The notes under the pieces: model-generated
What the model was told of the DNA's origin: nothing
What the model saw: only the letters and a program-made list of their open reading frames with translations
The model's database searches: none
Position numbers and translations under genes: made by a program
Shown: positions 55,170-64,000 of the stretch, piece after piece
How positions within the stretch are numbered: the first letter of the stretch is position 1
Layout of the letters: each line of letters starts with the position of its first letter
Origin: Bispira polyomma
Lineage: Eukaryota
Direction of reading: 5' to 3'
Length of the DNA: 64,000 bases
NCBI GenBank assembly: GCA_965649765.1
Contig: OZ287757.1
Span: 53,258,001-53,322,000 of the forward strand

Positions 55170-55640
55170 TGCTACTCAGTGTTATCTTCTAGTTGACATA
55201 TTTTGTATTCTGTCAGCCATAATCTCTGCAATTTATATAAACAAAAGTAGAGAAATTAGACATCCCTGTCTTAAACCCCTACTTAGTTTAAAATACAGAC
55301 ATTGTTCCTGACACATGATGCTATGTGTGACAAGAGTATTTTGATTCATTTAAAAATATTGCTCCCAAGTTAGAAATATATCAAAGATTGAAAAAGAAAT
55401 GGCCATTCAATACTATCAAAAGCTTTGTCAAAATCAATTAGTAAAATGTAACCAGGCAGTTGTTTCAAATCTGCATATGACATAATGTCTTGGATAATTC
55501 TTACATTTTCTCCCATATATCTATTTTTAATGTACCATGCTTGATCAGTGTTTACTAGACTTGGTATTTAACTTTTTAACCTATTGCCTAATTCCTTTGT
55601 CAAATTTGTATGGTCAGTATTTAATTTACTTACTGGTCTC
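55170..55640 (-). mobile_element. Second L1/Tx1-like RT fragment
   Basis: Minus strand IDFDKAFDSIEW and YFKLSRGLRQGCLIS. Confidence 0.8.
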
Positions 55641-56744
55641 TAGTTTTTTTAAATAGCGCTTTTGATCATTTGTCAGTAATTCCATTTGAAGGGAATCTTT
55701 GTAACTATCCAATAATAGGTATTTTATAATAGGAATTTCAAAAATACGTAACAAATTGTTTTTAAGCCATCCAGGCGATTTATCATTATTAATAATACAA
55801 CATAATAATTGTGGGATTTGTGAAGTATTAAATTGATGAAACATCTTTTAAGGTGCTGATTCTTCCACAAAGGGGTAGTCAATTAACAGAAAAAACGACA
55901 AGGTGCTTCAGTCGGGGAAGGCAAGTCTGAAATTGTAGGTTTTGACATTACTTTCTTAAACTAGTTAGGATATGTTATTACCTAACTTATTTTAACAAAA
56001 TAGTTTATTCCACACAGCTAGAGCAGCAACTGTGGAAACTCATTGATGTGAAGTGGTGATTACTAACTTATAGGTTACAACTACTTACCACTATTCTTGT
56101 AATTTACATACATTGTCATCGTGAAATAAGGAAGCGACTATGAGCCTCTGTAAATCAATCAAAACAATGCTTGTGGTAACTCATTATAACTACATTGATA
56201 TGCAAGGAAAATTAAAACAAGGGAGTGAAGGGAAAGTATTAACTTTTGTATGTACTTTTTATTTAAAAATTCTTTCAAACATATTTACTTATTCTTTTAC
56301 TTAATATATTTTTGATTAAGTGTTTCATAAAGATACCATAGTTAAACAATCCTTAATACCAATTCAAAACGTGCCCATGTAAGTCATGTAAATAAGGTTA
56401 CAATTATTTTTTTTAAATACATGTATGTATTTTTTATATGTTTCGATTGCTTGATTATTACAGTAATGTTACTTTTTAAATAATAGTTTCATTTTGATAT
56501 ATAATGTTTAAGTATTTAAACTAGGTATGTTTGTATCAGGCAAACGAGTATATAGGAGTTGTGATAATAAGAATGGCTTGGTACATTTAACCAAAAAACA
56601 ACAACTTTAAAACTGCATAAGTAACCCTGAAAGCAATATTCATGAATTTGACCAGCAATTTTAACCCGGATCTTAACCATTCTTGTAAAATTGTCATTCC
56701 AAAACCTATGCTATAATTTGCAAGTTTCACTCTGAAATATTCGT

Positions 56745-57196
56745 AACTACAGGTTTTACCATGACATATTATTAACTACAGGTTTTGCAATGACATATTA
56801 TTAACTACAGGTTTTACCATGACATATTATTAACTGCAGGTTTTACCATGACATATTATTAACTGCAGGTTTTACCATGACATATTATTAACTGCAGGTT
56901 TTACCATGACATATTATTAACTACAGGTTTTACCATGACATATTATTAACCGCAGGTTTTACCATGACATATTATTAACTACAGGTTTTACCATGACATA
57001 TTGTTAACTACAGGTTTTACCATGACATATCATTAACTGCAGGTTTTACCATGACATATTATTAACTGCAGGTTTTACCATGACATATTATTAACTGCAG
57101 GTTTTACCATGACATATTATCAACTACAGGTTTTACCATGACATATTATTAACTACAGGTTTTACCATGACATATTATTAACTACAGGTTTTACCC
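56745..57196. repeat. 29-bp minisatellite, ~15.5 copies
   Basis: Unit aact(a/g)caggttttaccatgacatattatt, head-to-tail with no spacers. Confidence 0.97.
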
Positions 57197-57419
57197 TGAA
57201 GCACAAGCCATTCCACCAGAGATGTCTTCCAAACCAAATGAGCAAAGATACTGAATTAGTCTAAAAATTAAATTACTCTAAAAGTGCAGGATATCAAGTT
57301 TCTGATTGGCCCAAATTTAGTCTTCCCTAAAACTTTAGAGAAGTAACTTCTTATATCAACATATGGTTCAACGAATCCATGACTACTACAAGTTGATACA
57401 ACAATATAAATATACATTG

Positions 57420-58115
57420 AGAGGAATGTTGCTGAGTATTCTTCAAATATGAACAACATCACCATTGATAGTATTATAAACATAACAATTAATTTTTAAC
57501 AAACATTCTTTTATATCAGGATGACCCCTTTGATTTAAATGACTATTAGTATAACCCTAACTAAATAATAAATTCACAGATTATTCAGCACCATTGATCT
57601 TAAACTGTACTGCTGTAGTGCTAAACATCATTGTACTGGTACTCTTGCACAAAGCTTCCAAAAAAGGCAAAACATCATATGAACTGTTTCCGATATCTCA
57701 ATTGTCTTTATCTTGCCAGTTCTTCATTGGCAGTCATTATGGGCTATAGAGCAATTCACAGAATTTGGATATCACCTGAAAAAGCAAAAGTCATTTTAAT
57801 GTCAATCATGGGTATTAGCATCAATATTATAGTACTTTTAGCGCATTTGTCTAGTTTTTGCTAATATTTAACTGCATTTTATTGATACTTGAAAGGTATA
57901 CTAAAATAGTGTTCCCAATTATCCGCAGAATTTAGATATTACTTAAGAAGGCCAAAATCATTTTAATGTCAGCCATGGGTCTTAGCTTTTGCCAAGGTGT
58001 CATTAATGATGTTTTGCCATTTGGTATCACCAATAGTAGATGCAGCAGCCTACCATTTCTGTCAGAAAATGAAAGTCCAGGGTTGTAGATGTTGATTTTT
58101 TTATATCCCCATGTG
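57420..58115 (+). pseudogene. GPCR pseudogene, N-terminal half (N-terminus to start of TM5), with stops, frameshifts and an internal duplication
   Basis: DNA matches copies 2/3: gattattcagc..ttaaactgtactgctgtagtgctaaacatcattg (TM1), cttgaaaggtatactaaaatagtgttccc (ERY), gggttgtagatgttg (TM5 with stop). Confidence 0.9.
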
Positions 58116-58416
58116 ATGCACTGTGATTAAAATACTACCAGTTGCCTGTAAATATAACAAAGCTATATTGCGTTGCAATAAAATGTACCAGTTGCCACCT
58201 GTGCGTTATTCACATGCTAATACAAACACTTTAAATGCATTGGAATAATATTCTAAAATAATCACCAACAAATTATGTTGTTTTTTTCATTTATTTCAGA
58301 CCACTGATAGTTCAAGAAGGCATTTTAGAATTAAGAGAGAAAACTACAGTTTTTTGGGGACATCAAGCAATTACAGTGACTGTAACAATACATGTGCATC
58401 TGAATATCCTCAAGAA

Positions 58417-59664
58417 ATGGAACCAACAACTACAGAGAATCTTACAAACAGTACCATAGATTTTGTAGAAAATATCCATTCATCTGAGGAAGAGTCCTCC
58501 GACACCTATCAGTATTTCCCAACTGTACAAAGAAAATTCAGTGATTATGCAGATTCAGTGGCTGCAAGCTGTACTGCTGCAGTGCTAAACATTATTGGTC
58601 TGATACTCTTGCTGAAAGCTACTAAAAAGGCCAAAACATCGTCCGATCTGTTTCTGATCTCTCAATTGGGGTTTGATGTGGCCAGTATTGTAATGGTATG
58701 GTTCTGGGCTGTGGGAAATTTTTTCAAACCACGAAGCTTTGAAAATAACTTTGCAATGGAATTGTTGTGTAGCCTATGGTACTCTCAGTTTGTCCAAATA
58801 TTCTTTGTTAATATGTCAATATTTAACTGCACTTTACTGACCCTTGAGAGGTATGCTAAAATTGTGTTCCCAATTATTTACAGAATTTGGATGTCCCCTG
58901 AGAAAGCCAAAGTTATTTTATTGTCAGTCATGATTTTTAACTTTTGCCAAGGTGTCATTGTTAACGTTTTGCCATTTGGGCTCACCAATGGTGGATGTGG
59001 CACCCGAGCATTTATGTCAGAAAATGGACAGGTAGGGTTGCAGATGTTGAATTTTATTATTGTCATAATTATGCCCATTGTCACCTTTGTGTTCTGTTAT
59101 AGTCATATGCTGGTGTTTTTACACAGACGTCAACATAAAGTAAATCCGATTAGCCAAGTTCCAAATTCAAATCAAAATCAAGGCTCCAAGTTGGATCATT
59201 TAAGTGTTGTATCAACAGATACGCGTCATATCAGAGATATCCCCTCTGGAGAACAGACTAAACTTACCACACTATCAGTTGCTGGCCAAGAATTATCCAC
59301 TGATAATGTGCCCTCAGTTCAAACGAGCGAAGGTTATTCTAGTGCATACACAGTGCAAACTGACAGAAGCAAAGTAGCCAGGAATACTAAAACGAAAAAC
59401 ACCAACAAAACAATGGCTAATGTTGAACGAAATCTGTTGATTACAGCACTGTTAATAAATATTTCATTTATTGCCAGCAATGCTCCTATTCGTTTGTACT
59501 TTATCTTTAGATTAGTTGGTGTTATAAAAACCTATATTAGTGTACCTGTATACAGGGTTATGACCATGCTCATGTACTTGAACTATTGCTTTCACCCAAT
59601 CATATATGCCTTTACCTTGAAGAAGGTCAGAGATAAGCTGTTCTTTTGTAAGAAAAGAGTTTGA
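58417..59664 (+). CDS. Class A GPCR, copy 3, intact (415 aa from first ATG; frame open back to the splice acceptor at 58299)
   Basis: Same motifs (LTLERY, SNAP in TM6, NYCFHPIIY, TLKKVRDKL); closest to copy 2 including flanks. Acceptor ttatttcag ends 58299 and no stop occurs between 58300 and 59661. Confidence 0.92.
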   Translation: MEPTTTENLTNSTIDFVENIHSSEEESSDTYQYFPTVQRKFSDYADSVAASCTAAVLNIIGLILLLKATKKAKTSSDLFLISQLGFDVASIVMVWFWAVGNFFKPRSFENNFAMELLCSLWYSQFVQIFFVNMSIFNCTLLTLERYAKIVFPIIYRIWMSPEKAKVILLSVMIFNFCQGVIVNVLPFGLTNGGCGTRAFMSENGQVGLQMLNFIIVIIMPIVTFVFCYSHMLVFLHRRQHKVNPISQVPNSNQNQGSKLDHLSVVSTDTRHIRDIPSGEQTKLTTLSVAGQELSTDNVPSVQTSEGYSSAYTVQTDRSKVARNTKTKNTNKTMANVERNLLITALLINISFIASNAPIRLYFIFRLVGVIKTYISVPVYRVMTMLMYLNYCFHPIIYAFTLKKVRDKLFFCKKRV

Positions 59665-61871
59665 ACGGTAAGGTCACCTGAGGTTACAAAGTATATCTTA
59701 CCATTGTGATATGTTTGACCTATTTCACATCTTTATGTGGAATATAATTATGTACTAAATATAGTAAAGACAATGATGATTACTTATCAATAGGAATGCT
59801 ATAACATTCATTTGTGTACAGATGTTTGTCTAAGTCAGTGTGATGGTGTTAAACATTGTAGCACTTCTTTACAACTATGGGCCAGTCAGAATATGACTCA
59901 GAATGCAAATACCTTGGGGATACTAAGCGAACTACAGGACCAAGCTTCATTAATTTGTATGTTTACATGCATGGAAGAGTAGTATCACATGTACATTTAT
60001 AGTTATATCTGTGTAAATTTATATGTATATATGTATGTTTCATAGGTTAAACTCTGTATAACATGTACATAGACAGATTATTTGTTATTCCATATAACAG
60101 GTTTCATCTGCATAAATTCTATATAAATTTGATAACAATATTTATTATTCATATTGGTCAGTGTTGACTATTGATTAATACATAAGATTTGAGACTTACT
60201 GAGACTCTTAAAAGCCCGGAAATCCAAAGTTTAAAATAAATATGTTTTGGCGTTTTTAAAATAGTACAATGTGAATGTTAACTCCCAAAATAGGCTGTAT
60301 TTTCTACCTTATTGTAATTTAATAAATATTATTATCTTTATTATCATGAATTTTTAACTATATTAAATAACACATTAATAATTCTTAAAGGATATTTCAT
60401 AGCTTTATCTGAAGTAGTCCTTATTGTTTCAAATTGAACTTGGAATTGGAATACCATGGACACTGTCTTGTAGAACATCAAAGACTGTAATCAAATATAT
60501 AACAAAATATAGGATTTCTAACAGTGGTAGACATACTACCCACTTTATCAAATGGAAACATTTATTTTCATATATGCATATACACATGTGTATAATTAGC
60601 AGGATCATTAACATAATGCATATGTAATGTTGGTTTATTACTTTCAGAGGCATTTGTTTTAATCCTCTTTGCAATAAATTGATAACAGTAAAACCTACGT
60701 TAAAAGCAATTTATAATATATTTAATGAAACTCATCTGAACATAAATTATGAGACACATCTGATTATTGCTAATTTTCTCAGTATTCTGTATAAAAGACT
60801 CTGGCCTGCAGAATAACCGCCATTGTCCACAAGTCCTGCACATCATGTTCCAGTTAAATTCAATTTAAATGCTGTACATTTTATGATGACATATCATCAT
60901 CGAAGGGTATCTAAGGTTCTCAACTCAGTTAACATTGGGTAAAAATTAGGTCAATCCATTTTCAATTTTAGGGAGTATAAACTATTGGAACAACCCCACA
61001 GAGCACTATTTTGTTCTACTCTCCTGAAATTGTTTTCAAGTGAAAAGATGTTACTTATCTTTACTTAGCTGCATGTGTAAACATTGTTTTGTAATAATAA
61101 AATAATATGCCAAAACATGTAATGAGCGGTTAATGTATGTCAGGTGTTTTATTAAGATAAATTAATACCAAAAATGATCAGATATTTTAGTAGGTGTTAC
61201 AATTGTGATTTTTGTTGTATTAGTGTTAACATATATATAGTACATAATAATTACCTGTTATATATACATACTTATATAAAAGTACAATCATTTGATATTT
61301 ATTTAATGTCTGATACAATGTGCATATTGTCTAAATCTTATTATGATCAAATAAACAGCACACTATTGTATTGTTTGATTTATTTGTGCCTGGTTGTGTT
61401 AATTTTACGAATAAAATCATTGAACCGTGTAACTAATACAATAAAGCCTAATTTAAAATATCTTAATTTAATATCTAGAAGTTCTTAGATTTTATTGTCA
61501 TGTATGTATGTACTGTGTAAATTTTCCCAATTTGTTATGTAAAATGAGTGTATCTTCAATTGATTGTAATAAACATTACAGAAATATTTAATGTAATTTT
61601 GGTCATGTCTTGTCACACTTTGACATTTAACTAAAATATAAGTCTAGAAGGCTTTGTTTATTTTTCATTGATCTGTGGTGTAGGATTTTATTCAATAGGG
61701 CCGTGGTACAAAAAAGAGTAACAAAGAGTAAGTACATCCCTACTACCACCATCCTCGTACTCTCGCTTCCTGCCTCTAGTTGTCTCTGGACCCCCTAACG
61801 TATAATGACATCTCTGTGTAACACCTTTGACTAATAAAAATACAATGTATACACACATATATATATATATA

Positions 61872-62130
61872 TGGCCTTGGGCCCCTCTCTTTCAAATTCA
61901 GTCTTGGTCAAACTTAAAAGTGCCTATATCTCCCTTATTATTGGTCGTAGAGGTTTAGGATGTGAAACCAAACTATAGGAAATCATGTGCTGGTAATCTT
62001 TTGCCTGGGTCAGATTTGACCTTGGACCACTTGTGCAAGGTCAAACGGGTAGGCCAAACTTTAAAGTGCCTGTCTCACACTTGTTATTGCAATGTGAAAC
62101 CCACTTGTGCCATTTAGGAAATCATAGGCT
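61872..62130. repeat. ~150-bp tandem unit (about 1.7 copies) with TGACCTT / AAGGTCA inverted motif
   Basis: caaact(t)taaagtgcct, tgtgaaacc and taggaaatcat each recur; tttgaccttg...caaggtcaaa forms a hairpin. Confidence 0.65.
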
Positions 62131-62268
62131 TCTTTCTTGGGTGCTACCTGGGGTGCTTGCTACCTAGGGTGCTTTGTCTTTCTGGTGAATACAAATATGT
62201 ATCGGTTCTAGTTTACAGTTTCTCAGCCATAATTTTATTAATATGTAATAACATTAATATGTATAATC

Positions 62269-62791
62269 GGTGGACTCAAATGGTAGCAAATATGCTTGAT
62301 CATCGGCCTTTGGGGGACATCCATTGGAGACATTGTCAAAATAACTAATTTATTCTTAAAATATTTTTATCAAATGACTACACTACACCCTAAATAGTAT
62401 AACAAACAATATTATTAACTTTCAATTCAAAATATTAAATCATGCCAATTAAATAAGCATGTCCCCCAAAGGTTGGTTTATATATTCCGGTGTCCCAAAA
62501 GGTTGCATCCATGCTGGTGGACCCAAAAGGTAGCAAATATGCTTGAATGTAGGCCTTTGGCAGACACACCGGCATGCTTAACTTTTCGGGGACATCCATT
62601 GGGGTACATTGTCAAAATAACTACTTTATTCTTAAAATAATCTTACAAACTGACTAGACTACACCCTAAAGAGTATAACAAACAATCTTATTAAATTTTT
62701 AGTCATAATATTAAATCATGCCAATTTTATAAGCATGTCCCCCAAAGGTTGGTTTATATTCCCCGGTGTCCCGAAAGGCTGCATCCATGCT
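62269..62791. repeat. Tandem duplication of a ~250-275 bp unit (2 copies)
   Basis: ggtagcaaatatgcttga..gggacatccattgg..acaccctaaa..ccaaaggttggttt..gcatccatgct occurs at 62269-62514 and 62517-62791. Confidence 0.9.
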
Positions 62792-63169
62792 TATATATTA
62801 TACATATGTGTGATGATATACAGCAGTCAAACCTGTAGTAGCTGTCAACCTCAAAGTAGAGCCACTTGTGAATTGTAGATTATTAAGTTAAAAATGACCT
62901 TAAAAAGATGATTACTCACAAGTTCTGACCAACCACTATGATAATAAAAAGAATTAATAATTATAAAATTATTTATTTGATATAACACAATATCAACAAC
63001 ACTGTTATCTAATGCACTTATGACATTATTTCCCCAGCCTGGGTTCATCAACTTGTTAACCATCAGCTTAGCACTGCCTTCTTTGTTTTACAAAGTCACT
63101 ATCGCAAAGTAACCCATACCTACCGAAATGTTAACCCATGGGTCTTTATGCTTTTAATATTGACAGGAG

Positions 63170-64000
63170 CAGTCTATCAAATCTTAATGTGTTTCGTAAA
63201 CGTCAGATTGATTAGAAGCAAGGGTGCTGCTTTTTGCGACTTTGTCCAAACTAACAAGCTGAATGTTGTCGCTGTTACCAAGACATGGCTCAGACACTGA
63301 AAATTTCATTAGTGAAATTAACCCCCCCTGGTTTAAATTTTACCCACCTTCCACGAACTAAATAGAGGGGCGGGGGAGTGGAATTTTTCATACGAAAAGA
63401 TTTTAACTGTAAAACAACCTCCTTTGACACTTTTTCAACACCTGTGAAAATATCCATTGAAAATTGTCAGGACCTAAGTTTCTATGTTTTCTACAGACCC
63501 CCAGTACTTCAAAAGCCAGTTTTTGAGGAGTTCACTGTCTTTATGGAGGCTGCTGCTCTATCGAGTCATGAAAATGTCATCTGCGGTGGTATTAATATTC
63601 ATCTGGATTCATCTGATACGTGGTCCACAAAATTTTACTAATAGCTTATCTCAGTTCGATTACACACAGCTTATTGATGAGCTCACCCACATACATGGCC
63701 ACACCTTGGATGTGCTGTGTGTCAGTAAGTCTTTCTCATATGCCATCAGTCTCCATGTCATTAGTGGTTTATCAAATCACCTCGCAATAGTTCTAACTGT
63801 AGATTTTCCCTTTAAAGTTCCATGTAACTACAGATATTTTAAAAGCTAAACAATATAAATGCTCAGTATTTCAAAGCTGACATTATAAATTCTGACCTCA
63901 TATAGGACCCACGTAAAACTGCCAGTCTACTCAGTCATCAGTAATTTAATACCCCTCAGAAGCCTGCTCAACAATCACGCTGAAGCAAACAAAAGAAAAA
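63170..64000 (+). mobile_element. L2/CR1-like ORF2, APE endonuclease region, running off the window
   Basis: NVRLIRSK..VVAVTKTWL, RGAGVEF, YRPP, ICGGINIH, THIHGHTLDV, SNH; frameshifted. Confidence 0.85.

Noticed and set aside
56745-57196. CRISPR-like array of 29-bp repeats
   Set aside because: Units are contiguous with no unique spacers, there are no cas genes, and the context is eukaryotic; it is a minisatellite.

Overview
AT-rich, repeat-dense eukaryotic DNA, most consistent with an invertebrate animal (GT-AG introns, tRNA-derived SINEs, LINE and LTR relics). I see no prokaryotic operons, CRISPR arrays, rRNA or intact tRNA. Genes: (i) a + strand cluster of a divergent rhodopsin-like (class A) 7TM receptor family. 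It has two intact copies (4677-5963; 58417-59664), one copy frameshifted just after TM7 (37057-38315), and two pseudogene pieces missed by the ORF track: a C-terminal half at ~39735-40128 and an N-terminal half at ~57420-58115. The halves are almost exactly complementary but lie in reversed order. (ii) A two-coding-exon type II membrane glycosyltransferase of family GT92 (20406-20742 joined to 23640-24739, 478 aa) between receptor copies 1 and 2. The rest is layered mobile DNA: four young full-length tRNA-headed SINEs with clean target-site duplications (TSDs), older SINE relics, many L2/CR1-like 3' ends, a near full-length decayed L1/Tx1-like ORF2, a Gypsy pol relic, an ~800 bp probable solo LTR, several TIR/MITE elements, minisatellites, and an old local duplication (8141-12990 vs 26016-29780) with reciprocal filled and empty insertion sites. 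The best novelty candidate is the receptor family: several class A switch motifs are replaced in all copies, and there may be a spliced N-terminal extension with a conserved polybasic, convertase-like site. All alignments were made by eye and family names are from recall, not from searches.
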